DNA of 64,000 bases from Octopus vulgaris. Lineage: Eukaryota. The notes under the pieces were generated by a model. The model was not told where the DNA came from. It was given only the letters and a program-made list of their open reading frames with translations, and made no database searches. The translations under genes and the position numbers were made by a program. Positions 40,564 to 59,000 of this stretch are shown here, one piece after another; positions within the stretch are counted from its first letter, which is position 1; each line of letters starts with the position of its first letter. The stretch covers positions 16,988,001 through 17,052,000 of the forward strand of contig OX597831.1 in NCBI GenBank assembly GCA_951406725.2, given 5' to 3'.

Positions 40564-41669
40564 ACACTCATACATTTAGACGTAGACAACTAATAAAGAA
40601 TTCAACAACAGTAAGACAACAGTATGCCATATCTCTAGGAATGTGAATTAGAATACGAACTTAAAATATGAAATGCTTCTTATAATTTTGAGAGGCAACG
40701 TACATTCCGAGGCTCAGCGTTAAACGAATTCTCTTTATTAGACATATTTCATGTTCTCTCCTCCTTGCACTGCTACTGAAGTAGTACACGATCTACTGCC
40801 TATAAAGATGGAATGATTACAACGTGGCAAGGGAGTAGCATCATGAACGAGCCTTCCACACTCTTCCTGGCATTTCATTCGTCTTTCAATTTTGTGCTCT
40901 TTTGCCACCGAAATCGATTTCGCTCTTCATTTGAAGGTCCACAAGATATGTACCAATTGGACACTGACGTTGATATCATAGAAGTTATCCGCTGGACTTG
41001 TGCTAAAATTTGAATGCAATATATGGAGTAAATTTCTGTGAATAGTACATGTTTTTCTCATTATCAGTCTCACAGCGAATGACACGCGAGGAATACAAAC
41101 ATCATCTTCTCTTCAAAGCACATTTTGAACACATCAAGTATCATTGAACGATCTCCTCCCGAGAGTATTAAGTATGTTGTCTAAAGTTTATAAAATATAT
41201 GTGTGCAGGTATGTGTGTGTGTGTATGTGTGCGTATAACTTCAGTTAGATTCAGCAACATCCACTCCCTCACACACACACACATATATATATATGTATAT
41301 ATGTATATAGACTAGAAAAGTTACAATAATTGTCTTTATATATAACTCCTTTAATATAGCAAATGGCTCTGACGAGGCTATCATCTATTCTCTTTGGTTT
41401 TCAATTTCATCTATAGAGCAATTGATTAAATCCATCTAGAACGATTACAGGAAAAATCAGTAAGTCAAATTTATATGCGATGATCATGGTTTCAACTTAC
41501 TCGTTAGATATCTCTGTGTAAAATCAGTATTTCTGAAGCCTGTACACCGATTTACAGATATAGAAATATGATGACCAACAATTTTGGAGCCTAGTAGTCA
41601 AAGTAAAATTGTAGACTGGTAGGGATCAAGTACATATATACAGATATATATATATATGTATATATATAC

Positions 41670-41718
<49 letters not shown>

Positions 41719-41759
41719 CACACACACATATATATATATATATTTATATATGTATGTAT

Positions 41760-42053
41760 AAGTAAAATAATTAAGATTCGTAGGAAATAGGTTCTTAAGT
41801 TGAGGCACCAAAAATTAATGAGGTATTATCCGTACAATTTCAAAATAAGATCAATAAAGTCGAAATAGGTCACATGATATCCAGAGGTGATTCAGTACGA
41901 CTGTTTCAACCGGCTCCATTTAATTGAACAATGCAATCTTTGCAGCAATTTCAATGCAGAGCTATCGTCAGCTGCATAAATAAATACAATTAATTTAAAC
42001 AGTCGGACACATTTGTATAATATTACTTAAAGTCTATAACTAGGAAAGTAGAC

Positions 42054-42055
<2 letters not shown>
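41760..42055 (-). mobile_element. Penelope pLTR-like segment between (TA)n tracts with hammerhead-like core
   Basis: Minus strand: CTGACGA-tagctc...gagccgtt-GAAAC-a-GTC at ~41897-41971, with an elongated stem II. Confidence 0.5.
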
Positions 42056-42145
<90 letters not shown>

Positions 42146-43145
42146 GTAAGGTGGGAAACGTATTACCGCAGAACCTCCACTGAATCTAAAAGTATTTCTT
42201 ATCTTTTGTATTTATTACCTTTTCACACAGGTAGCTCTCAATTTTCGTACATTTGAAAATACGTCATCACCCTCGAAAATTAAAAGAAATTTAGTCAATT
42301 CGTTATGCTTTGTCACTCTTGGTCAAATTATAATTATTAGTATTCAAAGTAGGCTGGTAATTAAAATTTAGTTAATATTTGCCTCATGTATCAAAGAGGT
42401 TACATCATGTGTCTGTGTATATATGTGAGTCTGTATGTGCGTGTTTGTGTGTGTGTCTACGTTGGTTTCAATGGACAACAAGATCGGGGCAGGGGATCAG
42501 TCGATAGAATCGACCTCACTGCTCAGCTGCTACTTTGTTTATCAACCTCATAATGTTTAATGGCAAAGCTGGCCAAGGCGGAATTTGAACCCAGGACTGA
42601 ATGACGGGCGGAATACCAATGATAATTCCGTCCAGCTTGCTAAAGATTCAGAAAGCTCACCTCTTTAGTGTCTATTTATATTAATAACTTACATGCCAAA
42701 GTGGAACTTGGACTAATAAACAAATCAACCCCCAACATTTTATATATCCACATTTCCAAATGCATGGGAAAGACTTTTATCTAGTGCGAAACGATAACTC
42801 TTTAATAAGTGCAAGATGATAACTGCATTCTCCATGATGACGTTAAAAATCACCCAGGTCCTGCGACACAATGTTACATTTCCAAATTGAAGTCACATAT
42901 TGGAAGGATTTGAACCTCATTATCAAATACTTTAAATAATTTTATTTTCTGTGAGTCTAGTATAATGGAATTAATAATGTGATTGAAATCTTAATCTTCT
43001 ATTCGTTCTGATAATACACCGTTTCTGAACCGCGTTACGTTTTTCAGTGTTAAACATACCTCAAACAATCACAATTATGCTTATTAAAGTACTTGAAGGA
43101 ATAGATTTGGCTCTATATGTGTGCATGTATTTACGTGTGTGTATA

Positions 43146-43260
<115 letters not shown>

Positions 43261-43289
43261 AAGGGTGAAAAGGAACACACGAGTTGATA

Positions 43290-44723
43290 TATATGAAAAA
43301 ACAAGTCAAGATAGAAAATGCTAAAAAATTTTGATAAAGAACATTTCAGAACCGGTTTCGGTCATTTTGAGACCTTTTCAACTGTAACGATTAAATAATT
43401 AAATTTAGAAAAATTAGAAGAAAAGTTTTTTAAAGGAATATTTGTATAGTGTTCAAATATAAGTGGCATTTTGCCTTTCTCTGTCTCCCTTGTTTGCACT
43501 TGTGGGTTCGAGGTCGTTGTGAATTCTTGGTAGGGTAGAAGAAGAAGGAGGTTGATGAGGAGAGGAAGGGGAAAATTTGGGAGTGCCTTGATTGTCGTAT
43601 TTTGAATGGTCAGTGACGGCTAGCAGTTGCAGTTCAATTCAGGAGAATATTTCTACGGGAAGGTTTGTTTATGGAATTTGCGTAGGTGTTATACTAAAAA
43701 GCATTAGTGATAAAGTTAAGAGGTAGAAGGTGGAACAGAAGAAGAAGAAGAAAAAGAAGAAGATGACGATGTTGATGATGATGATGATGATGATGAAGAA
43801 GAAGAAGAAGAAGAAGAAGAAGAAGAAGGAGAAGTTGATGATGATGGTGATGATGATGACGACGATGATGATGATAATGATGATGATGAAGAAGAGAAAA
43901 AAGAAGGGAGAATATGAATGAGTGGAAGTAGTGAGGTGTTGTATGACTTAAAGTTATAGCTATGATTGGGGCTGATTTGTAATGGATTCTTTGGAATGTA
44001 ATATTTGCGTGTGTATATGCGTTATTCTAAAGCTGAGGTTTATAAATCGTTTGACGTAGACCCGTTAAGAAGTGGCCTGTATTTTGTAATAAAGAGAGTT
44101 TCTTTACTTATTCGTTGTCTCGAGGTTATATCGTCCCTAAATTGGTAGAGGGGGAAAATACTTAAGTCTGGTGTGTTGGCTGAAAGCTATTTTTCTGTTT
44201 TGGGGAATTTTTAATCGGGATCTGTGCACGGCCATTCTTTTGCGCAAACTATTTTTTGTTTGGCCTATGTACTGCGCTTGACACCCAGAGCAGGTTAGTG
44301 TGTATACCAGGTTCTCTGAAGCACATGTGAAGTTGCTTTTCACTGTAAACCGTTGTCCCTGTTTGAAGGAGAACTCTGATCCCTCAATTAGATAATCGCA
44401 TATCCCGCAATTGGGTCTTCCACATATTTTTTACTGTCGGCATCTGTGTTGAAGAGTGTATTCGGGCCTGTGTTAGGAGACTTACCCCTCCTAAAAAAGA
44501 CCACAGAATGAACTCAATCCTCCAAACACACACGATCATAAAAAGCAAGAGACAGCCTAAATCTATGAAAAGTCTCCTATACAAATATTCCTTTAAAGAA
44601 CTTTTCTTTTAATTTTTCTAAATTTAATTATTTAATCCTTACAGTTGAAAAGGTCTCAAAATGGCCGAAACCGGTACTGAAATGTTCTTTATAAAATTAT
44701 TTTAGCATTTTCAATCTTGACTT

Positions 44724-44727
<4 letters not shown>
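43290..44727 (-). mobile_element. Penelope-like element (GIY-YIG) with inverted pLTRs and a 5' inversion
   Basis: FTCASENLVYTLTCSGCQAQYIGQTKNSLRKRMAVHR; 43300-43449 is inverted at 44577-44727; hammerhead-like cag-TTGAAAA-ggtc(tcaaaat)ggcc-GAAACCGGTA-ctg at 44642-44679. Confidence 0.88.
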
Positions 44728-44774
<47 letters not shown>

Positions 44775-44985
44775 GTAATGTACATGCATATATATAATCA
44801 TATATATATGTATGTATATGTAAATGCATATATATATATATATATATTTATAATAAGATTAGCTCGTATACGAGTGGGTATATATTTGTAAAAAATGAAG
44901 TTTGAAAATGCTGCTATATTAGACAAATTTTAATTTAACATGTTTCGGTTCTTGAATTAACGAACCTTATTAAAAAAATGTTTTT

Positions 44986-45282
44986 ATATATAATAAAGAG
45001 AGTCCATGCTATATGTTTAAAGAGTATGATGTAATAGTTCATAATTGTGACATACTTTCAATAGAGTCAAATATAAATAATTCATATATAATAAAGTGAG
45101 TCCATGCTATATGTTTAAAGAGTATGATGTAATAGTTCATAATTGTGACATACTTTCAATAGAGTCAAATATAAATAATTCATATATAATAAAGAGATTC
45201 CATGCTATGTGTTTAAAGAGTATGATGTAGCAGTTCATAATTGTGACATACATTCAATAGAGTCAAATATAAAAAAAATTCA
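44986..45282. repeat. 98-bp tandem repeat x3
   Basis: taataaag(a/t)gagtccatgctat... recurs at 44991, 45089 and 45187; units are nearly identical with no spacers. Confidence 0.9.
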
Positions 45283-45460
45283 TGTTCTTGTATTCCAATG
45301 GGAGCAACAGTAATGATTTTTGTTTGGTGTCTGCTGGTATAATCTTGGTAAATTTTGTGATTGTTGGATTTATATCAGCTCAGCTAAGCTGTGGTCACTT
45401 GCACTGTCCACTGACGTCATATAGTTCCAAACCAATCAAAACCAACGAATATAGTGAAAA

Positions 45461-45770
45461 GACTCCTAACTGTATCCTGTTAAGAAACCAACCTAGCGGA
45501 ACGACAAGTTTGCCCACGGTAGAAACACGTCATCATTTTTTTGACGAATCGAAATTAGATCTGACCCATGACTATATCCTGTTAGGTGGCTAGCCCAGCA
45601 GAAAGAGTAGTTTGACCACGGAAGTAAAACGTCATCAATGTTTTGACGAATCAGAATCGGGTCTGACCCATAGCTGTATCGTGTGAGGAAACCGACCAAG
45701 CAGGGTGACAATAGCTTGACCACTGAGGTAACACGTCATCAATATTTTGACGAGTCAGAATTAGATCTGC
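45461..45770. repeat. Diverged 102-104-bp tandem repeat x3
   Basis: acgtcatca...ttttgacga.tc...tctg recurs at 45527, 45629 and 45733. Confidence 0.8.
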
Positions 45771-45854
45771 TCGCAGAGAAAGAAATCTTTTTATAAATTT
45801 TTCCTTCCCTAAGACATATCACTGTCAGCGTGAGTGACTGTTTAAGGATCTGAG

Positions 45855-45885
<31 letters not shown>

Positions 45886-46980
45886 CTCTTTTACTATTTT
45901 ACTCCTACATTATTCAGCCATTTGGTTGCGGCCATGCTGGAGCGCCGCTTTTAGTCGACCACAGCTCTTATTATTCGTAAGCGTAGCATGTATTCTATCT
46001 TTTCAGTTCTCCAACCGCTAAGTTACGGAGAATAAACACACCAGCATTGGTTGTCAGGCGAGGATGGGAGACAAACGCACACGCACATAAATACATACAC
46101 ACTTACACACACCCACATATATATGTTTGTGTGTCAGTCTGTTTTCCTCACCATCGCTTGACAACCAATGCTGGCTTGCTCACGTCCCTGTAACTTAGTT
46201 GTTCGTCAAAAGAGGTCGACAGAATAAGTATAACACTTACAAGCGATATGTGATGGGGTCGATTTGTTCGACTAGAGACGTGCTCTAGAATGGTCCCAGT
46301 TAAATGAGTTAAACGATTAAAAGAATACAATGGAAGAATACTATCTCCATTTCATACCTGCATACATAGCTACATAAAATAACTATTGAAACAAAAGGCA
46401 ACATAGAAACAATTCTTGCCCATTCCATCATTTGATATTAAATTTCGAAAACCTTATATTGGGACAGCCACAGTCCCAATATTCATGTTTTGAATATCAG
46501 AAAAATTGGTAACAGCAGTTAAGTCTTTGAAATTTTGAAAACAAAAAATTCCAAACGTATTCCTGTACGTTTCTAACATTCCTGAATAAAATTACTGTAT
46601 ACATACATCAAACCCACATGTGAGTGTGTGTGTGCGTGTCTGAGTGTGTCTGTGTTAGCATATTACGTACAGGTTATTCTACTTTGCTGAGAAGGGAACA
46701 ATTAAGGGAGAATTGAGTTTTCAGGAAGACACCTGAATATGATTAGTAATTGGCTTTACCCACCAGAATCTTAACCAACACTTCCACAATATTTCTACCC
46801 TAATACAATGTTATACTTTGCTAGAATAAACCATGGCCTTAGGTCTCTTGAGGAAGAAGCAGCAGGTTAATTATATCGTATAGATTATGAATATCGCATA
46901 AATATAATTCTTGACAATGGCACGTAATAAAATGTAAGTTTCACTTATGTTGTGAGACATAAAAACAAAGTTGGGGCTTC

Positions 46981-47080
46981 GCGGCTTTTCTATATATAAG
47001 GGGTACAGAATATATGTTCATCCACTGCTGCATCGGGTGAACGCTTCACTTCTTAACGTTCTTCTTCGTATAGGTAGATA
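46981..47080 (+). promoter_or_regulatory. Putative TATA promoter and non-coding exon 1 of paralog D
   Basis: gcggcttttcTATATATAAG at 46981-47000 is followed by a block homologous to C and E exon 1. E has TATATAAAA at the same position (60819-60827, minus strand) and a gtgagt donor. Confidence 0.5.
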
Positions 47081-47178
47081 TAACTTCATTCTGTTCATTG
47101 AACTCTTAGTGCGCTAACACACGAACACTCACAGGCACACAGACACACACACACACACACACACTAAGCAACACAGAA

Positions 47179-47234
<56 letters not shown>

Positions 47235-47450
47235 TCTCTTTTACTCTTTACTCTTTTACTTGTTTCAGTCATTTGACTGTGGCCATGGTGGAGCAGCGCC
47301 TTTAGTCGAAGAAATCGACCCCAGGACTTACTCTTCGTAAGCCTAGTACTCATTCTATCAGTCTGTTTTGCCGAACCGCTAAGTTACGGGGACATAAACA
47401 CACCAGCATCGGTTGTCAAGCGTGGTTGGGGTGGATAAACACAGACATAC
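47235..47450. mobile_element. Second SINE-like family; other copies at 45885-46075, 46130-46330 (opposite strand), 61970-62150, 62370-62510
   Basis: Recurrent cagtcatttgactg.ggccatgctggagc.ccgcctttagtcga...ccgctaagttacggggac.taaacacaccagc. Confidence 0.8.
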
Positions 47451-47452
47451 AA

Positions 47453-47522
<70 letters not shown>

Positions 47523-48460
47523 GTATATGCATATACACATGTATATATATATATACATATACACTCATATATATATAAATATATATACACAAATATCTCA
47601 CTTTTGTATTACCACGTTCTCGCTGTGGTGTATTGTTCATTTCCTTTGCCTTTTTATTAATTACATACACACACACCACACACACACACACACATCTGTT
47701 CATATAAGCATGCTCTTATATTCTTGCGACGTATGTTCAGTCTTTCAGGGATGTGTGTTAAAGTAATTATGACCGCTATATCGCATTCGCGTGATATTCT
47801 CTTATCTTATTCGTTTATGTGTACTAGTTCAGATGAGTGAATATCATCTCCTGTTCCTGACCAGTGAATTGATGACCAAAACATCGGTGCAAATCACCCA
47901 CTTCCCTGACAGAATTTGCAGACATAAAATTACCTCAGGAATTCTGCGACAAGCGCCCCTGTAGAGTATTTAGCAATCGGCGGTAAATTATAGGCACTAA
48001 ATCCCAGAGTAACATATTGCTGAATAGACTCGTACATCTGTTTCGAACCAACAATACGTGAATATCCGTCAATTATCCGGGGCAAATGAATCATATTAGT
48101 TTTTAACATAAATAAAAATGTAAGTTATTAGTCAATAACATTTGATAAGAAATAATAAGAGAACAACTTGGAAGCTTGTAAGAGTAAGATGTGAAGATGA
48201 TTGATCAAACAACTGGTTTGACGCAGAATTTCATACGGAAAATATTTTTATACTAAACGATAGAGGAAGGAGTGGGCCAAGAGCAGAAAAAATGTAGAAT
48301 GTCAGAGAGAAGATTTAGGAATTAGTGTACTGAAGAAACAGCATTTAGAACTCAAGCTCTGAACATGGAACGAACGTTCTAGACATTAAGAGCACATGCG
48401 ACTGTAAAATGAATATTATAAACATAACCCTAACCCTAACCCTCAAACGCAGCAACAGCG

Positions 48461-48600
48461 GGGGCGCAATGGCCCAATGGTTAGGGCAACGGATTCGCGG
48501 TTGGAGGATCGCGGTTTCGATTCCAAGACCGGGCGTTGCGTGTTTTTATTGAGCGAAATCACCCAAAGGTGCTCGAGGCTCCCGCAAGGGAGGAACCGGA
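48461..48600 (+). mobile_element. tRNA-derived SINE head, preceded by (TAACCC)3 at 48426-48443
   Basis: A box TGGCCCAATGG, B box GTTTCGATTCC; absent from the paralogous intron of C. Confidence 0.65.
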
Positions 48601-48989
48601 GAGCAACTGGTGTTTCGAATTGTATTAATGATTCTGCCGATCTATCAACATATTCCAAATTAGCAGCAACAAGAAGAGAGATTATAATACACCCTGCTCG
48701 AGGTTTCGATCTCATCCACTTCCTCAAAGTTTCCACACAAGATGACCGCAATACAAATTAAAATATTATTTAGAATATGTGAAGTCTTCAATGAGAAATA
48801 TTTTACAAAAATACATTTAAATAGAATACCTGAATATTTGTTTCGACATATAAAACAACAGTATCAAAATTTGTATGTATTAATTTCAAGAGAGTCGAAT
48901 TTATGTCACACTATTAAGAATTTCGCGCCACTAATATATTTCGAATTTAATTTCAACAGTTGGAACTGAGAATGACTCGCGTAACAATG

Positions 48990-52797
<3,808 letters not shown>

Positions 52798-53126
52798 TTG
52801 AATGCCGTCTCAGCTGATGCTTAAGGATTTCTTGTAAGAATATTCATCAATAAAAATTTATTCCAAATCCTGAATAGATTCTTGTTGCAAAACGTAACAA
52901 AAATTTTAATTTCAGTTGAAATGTGGAGTAATCTGTGAAACACTACATGAACTAAATTATTCTTCTAATATCTGTAAAATTATACTTTCAGTGAATTATT
53001 GCTGTAATATCATACTTTAGTTTGAAATATATGTAAATGTCACAGAGTATACGTCCGAAACTAAAGGTTAGAATGACAACGAAATCATATAATGGCGTAT
53101 GTATTTGAATAAAAAAAAATATTAGG

Positions 53127-53194
<68 letters not shown>

Positions 53195-53257
53195 TTGTTT
53201 CCATACAGTTGCATTTCCCCACCAAAGTGTTTATGATTAAACGGTTATAGTTGTATA

Positions 53258-53320
<63 letters not shown>

Positions 53321-53325
53321 TATAT

Positions 53326-53374
<49 letters not shown>

Positions 53375-53463
53375 ATTCATGTTTGAATGTATACACTTAC
53401 ATATATACATTTATACATGCAACAATGTCTATGATTGTTACATCAATTATATTTGTTGGTTAT

Positions 53464-53536
<73 letters not shown>

Positions 53537-54029
53537 CTATGTATGTATATATGTAGATACTTTACTTAAATTGATTTCTAATTTCGAATTATTTTTAATA
53601 TTAAAATGTTTTTCAATCAGCGCTTTCGAGCGTTTGTAGTAATCGTTAGATTTCAACTTGTATTTAACTGAAAGTTGAGCTCTTGAACAATGTAGTGAAA
53701 TGACTGATGTCTTCCGTTTGCTAACTTCTAGAAAGCCTGCAACTATTTGAATTTTTGACATGCGCTTTTGAGAAATAATCATGCAGCTTAAAGGTCACAG
53801 CTTCTTATTCCTTTATTGGCCACAAGGGACAAAAGGAGATAAAGAAGGACAGACAAAGGGATTAAGTCGATTACACCGATTCCAGTACGTAACTGATACT
53901 TAATTTATCGACGCCGAAAGCATGAACGGCAAAGTCGACCCCGGCGGAATTTGAACTCAGAGCGTAACCGCTAAAACATTTCGCCCGGCGCGCAAAAATT
54001 TCTGCCAACTCACCGCCTTAAACGTCACG

Positions 54030-55130
54030 GTTTGACTAGCGTACCGATATTACTTGCATACATCTCGCCTTTATTTAACCTTTGTTGCTTTCTGTTTACA
54101 TTCAAATTTAGTCGGTTTTGGTTGTTTGTATTTGCGTTCGTGGGAGTCTTCTGAAAATTTTACATATTTATATCTTAAAATATGTTTTAATCCACGTCAT
54201 TAAATAGTTCATATATTGTTTTCACTATTTTTAGTTCGAACGGGTTTGAAGATTGTAATAAGATGATTTTCTTAAGGCTTCCTTCCAACCTCACTTTTAG
54301 ATTGGAGAAAGAAAAACAAATTAGCATTATCTGGCCACATCTTTCTGTATGTTCGCTTAATGGAATTTGGCGAATATTGGCCTTTCGTTTTTGTTGACCG
54401 TTGACACGTGAACGTTTCCATAATGCAATAAATGTCTCACCTGTATATAGTTTCTCGCAATTCGGGGATTTAATTAAATAGATAAAATTTCTACTTTTGC
54501 AATTCAAGTCTACATTTGCGAATATTTGTCAATTTTTTTTGTAATCGATCTACCAATGCGCATGTATATTCAAGGTCCTGATCACTTATCATTACACTGG
54601 ATATTGTGAATGTTTTATACTATTTCTTCATGTTGCATTTTACATTTGTTAATAGATTCTTTAGCTTATGTGGTTTCCTTTTCTTAAGACAAATATCTGA
54701 TTAGAGATTCTGTTTTTTTTAAAATGTCATCTTGCTTCATAATTGGCGTATTTGATTTGATTCTATTAAAAACATTACGGTGGTGCAGATTGTGTGTTAC
54801 TAGAAATGGTATTGTGTTCCGTCTTGCTCGCGTTAATCTATGTTCTATATTCCTTCGTTTAATCTTTGCTTTCTATTTTCTATAATTATGGGAGACTATT
54901 CTTTCTCGAACAGAAATCCTTTGAGTTCTGTATTACATATCGCAGTATTGAGTGGACACATTGCACCCACATAGCTATGCCTCGAATTTGGCGGGCGTTT
55001 TGTCCGTTTAAAGGAATGTATTGTTTTCGTGGTTGAAGCTGACCGCGTGACTTATTTAGGTTTGCTGCGTCTAGTATGGTGCGGATGACTTCAGTATATT
55101 TCACGAAAGAAACTGGGAGCATGACTAGAC
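54030..55130 (-). mobile_element. Old Penelope-like element remnant
   Basis: NCKSRNFIYLIKSPNCEKLYTGET...LWKRSRVN (GIY-YIG-like) in ORF 54187-54507. Confidence 0.7.
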
Positions 55131-55450
55131 AGTGGTTACTTGAACGATGTGGAGGACAGGCTGGATGAGCTACAATGGGTCTTATTTGAAGGTATTTCGG
55201 TTGTAGTAGTTTTATGTATTCACTACTTTGCTGTTATAGGGCTTTGTATTTCTGTTGTCTTATGGTTGCTATGTAAACCATTGAAGTTGCTGGTTTCGAA
55301 TCAAAATTGATTTTGTAGAGACATTCAAAAGGAGTGAGGGCGTGAAAATGTTTTAAGACAGACTAAATAACTGATGTAAACCAGAAGCTAATTGGTAAAA
55401 ATTATGTTGGAACCTATACCAGCAATATCAAACCTCTTGTGTTATATATA

Positions 55451-55490
<40 letters not shown>

Positions 55491-55795
55491 TGGATCAAAA
55501 CACCAAAATTACAGGGAAATAGTCAATTTAGTATTAAATCAAATTTCCCAATATAAATATAGAATGCTTATAAATTAAAGAAAATACATTATTATGCAAT
55601 TCCAACAATGATAGACGTAAATTATACCATATAGAAAACATAAAATATATGGTAAATACTATTAATAACTTTCAAAATATATAATTTTCTTCATGGTATT
55701 GAAATATCCTTCCAAAATAGCGGTTATATCTTACCTGTAATTTCCATAACAAGCGAAAAAAAGATTTAAATGCCTTCAATAAACGTTCGCTCTCG

Positions 55796-55835
<40 letters not shown>

Positions 55836-55888
55836 TAATAATAATAATAATGATAATAATAATGATAATTATAATAATAATAATAATG

Positions 55889-55927
<39 letters not shown>

Positions 55928-55981
55928 GTAATAATAATAGTAATAATAGTAATAATAATAATAAAACTGATAATAATAATG

Positions 55982-56044
<63 letters not shown>

Positions 56045-56046
<2 letters not shown>

Positions 56047-59000
56047 CAAAAAACAAAAAAAATCCAAGCCGTAAGGATGCATAATAACACACGACAAACA
56101 GCAAGACAAAACACAACAGACAAACATACGAACGTGAAAAAAAGGGACAAATAGAAAACCTGGAAACAACGAAGGGGAGGCTAATGATTATGATAATATA
56201 AAAAGTAGAATAATTAAAGAACTGAAAACCACAGAGCTCAAAATGGACCACCGACCATACCTCCGAAACATGAAAATAGACGAAACAACAACACCAATTA
56301 TAAACAACATAAGCCTAGCCGTCACGGAACTAATAGCCACTGAAACAAAACGCGATATCACTGAGCTAAATGACTTAGTATACGCAGCAGCCACTGCAGC
56401 CACAAAAGAAGCTAGATACTCATGCAAACCCTTCGAAACAGGAGTACCACCACCCAAACAAACCCTGTGGATAAATAACATCCAAAACAAAATACAAAAA
56501 ATGAGAAAAGATATGTCGATTCTTATTGAAATCAGTAGACAATCAACAAAACTTGGCAACAAAAAGAAAACATAAATACTCCGCAAATACAACATCTCAG
56601 CGAAAGATTTGCCTGAGATAAAAGAAAAGCTGAAGCAAGATATGCATGCCAAAGCACAAAGGATCCGCCAGTACGAGAAACGCGAACGCTTCTTTAACAA
56701 AACAAACTGTTCAAATCCAATCCCAAAAAGTTCTACCACGAACTTGGCAAGAATAAAATAGAAGTCACTGCAGCACCAACGGCAGAAGAAGTGGAAGAAT
56801 TCTGGAAAAGAATATGGTCGGCATATGAACAACCAAAAAAAAAGAGTATTAAAACAACAAACATAGCATTTGAGCAACTTTAGACATCCATAACAACTGA
56901 AGAGGTCACCCAGGCACTGCAAAGACTACGCAACTGGACGGAACCTGGGCATGACAAGATACCCAAATTCTGGTTGAAATATCTAACAGGAATGCAAAAA
57001 GGAGCTGGCTGAAAACTTTAACAACATACTAGCAGAGCCAGAGACAATGCCTGAATGGCTCATGAAGGGGAAAACTATCTTAATTCCCAAATCAAATGAG
57101 ACAGCAAAACCAGAAAACTACAGACCTAAAACCTGCCTCCCTACAATGTACAAGGCATTTACTGCAGTGATATTGCAAAGATTAAAAAAGCACCTGGACG
57201 ACAACAAATTGTTTCCAGAAGAGCAGAGAGGATGCCGCAAAGTCTCATGTGGCTGTAAAGATCAACTAATGATTAATAAAGCCATAACTGAAGACAGCCA
57301 CAGAAAGAAGAAAGGCCTCGGTATGGCATGGATCGACTACAAAAAAGCCGTTTGATAGCATCCCCCAGACATGGATCCTCGAAACACTAGCCATTAACAA
57401 AGTAGCACCAACAATCATAAAATTCATAGAGCACTCTATGAATAAATGGCAAACAGTGCTACACCACCAAACAAAAGAGGGACTCATGAAAACCAAAGAC
57501 ATCCCCATTAGAAGAGGAATATTCCAGGGAGACACGCTCTCTCCACTCCTTTTCTGCTTGGCACTGTCACCTCTATCTGATATGCTAAATAGAACTGGAT
57601 GCGGATATAAATGTTACGGCAAAACGATCAGCCGCTTTTTATATATGGATGACCTAAAACTATACGCTACAAATGACAAACAGCTGGAAACACTATTAAA
57701 GACAGTTCATGGATTTACCAAAGAAATAGATATGAAATCTGGATTAGAAAAATGCGCCAAAGTAACCCTGAAAAGAGGAAAACTAGTTGAGAGTAGCAAC
57801 ATCACACTAGATAAAACCAATGAAATAAAAGAATTAGACCAAAGCCAAACTTACAAATACTTAGGAATCCATGAACAAGATAAGACACAACACACACAAA
57901 TGAAAGAGAATATAAAAAAAGAATACTAATAACGAGTTAGATCAATAACAAAAACAGAACTCAATGCTAAAAACAAGATAATAGGTATCAACACTTTAGC
58001 CGCCCCAGTTATAAGTTATAGTTACAATATCCTTAACTGGACGTCAAATGAACTAACCAAAATTGATAGGAAAACAAGAAAAACAATGACAGAATATAGG
58101 ATGCATCACCCAAAATCTGACATGGAATGACTACATATAAAATGTTTGAAGGTGGGACAGGCCTTATACAGCTGGAAAACTACCATAAAATTACCACCAT
58201 AGGACTGGAAAAATACCTACTTCAGAAGCAAGGTAAACTGATACAAATAGCGTCAAAAGACGAGCAAAAAAAATAACCTAACAAATATTAAGAAGAAGAA
58301 GAGGAAGGAGGAGGAGGGGAAGGAGGAGGAGGAGAAGGATGAGGAAGAAAAGGAGGAGAAAAAGAAGAAGGAGAAGAAAAAAGAAGAAGGAGAAGAAGAA
58401 GAAGAAGAAGAAGAAGAAGAAGAAGAAGAAGAAGAAGAAGAAGAAGAAGAAGAAGAAGAAGAAAATAACACATCAAAAGCTATAAAGCAAATGCAATCAA
58501 AGCTAAAACTAGAACAGCAAAGAACAATGATAAAACGATGGCAAGAAAAAACCCTTCATGTCAAGTACTGGACTAAGCTAAATGGAAAAGAAATGGACAA
58601 AGAAAAATCACAGCAATGGTTGAGAAACTCAGGACGCAAAGCAGAGCAGAGGGATTTTTAATTGCAGTACAAGACCAAAGCCTCCCCACCAGAAATTTCA
58701 AAAACATGTAATGAAATGAAATATATGAGTAACCGCTGAATATGTGGAGATGGACAAGAAACAATAAATCATTTTATCTTTGGCTGCCCGGCCCTGCCTA
58801 AGAAGGAATATATTCACAGACACGACAGAGTTGGGACCTATATACACTTGAAGCTATGCAAAAATTATGGAATAACAACAGAAAAAAGATGGTATAGGCA
58901 CACACCAGAAAAGGTCACAGAAAACGAAACAGCAGCCATACTCTGGGATATGGCGATACACACAGATTGAGAAATTAAGGCCAATAGACCAGATATAGTT

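Noticed and set aside
41369-41610. Hammerhead with very long stem II (ctgacgaggcta...tagtcaaagt)
   Set aside because: The GAAA half is missing its G and stems I and III cannot be supported; too speculative.
44986-45770. CRISPR-like array
   Set aside because: Repeats are contiguous 98-bp and ~102-bp units without unique spacers; eukaryotic context with no cas genes.
48426-48443. Telomere or chromosome end
   Set aside because: Only three TAACCC units, and they are interstitial.
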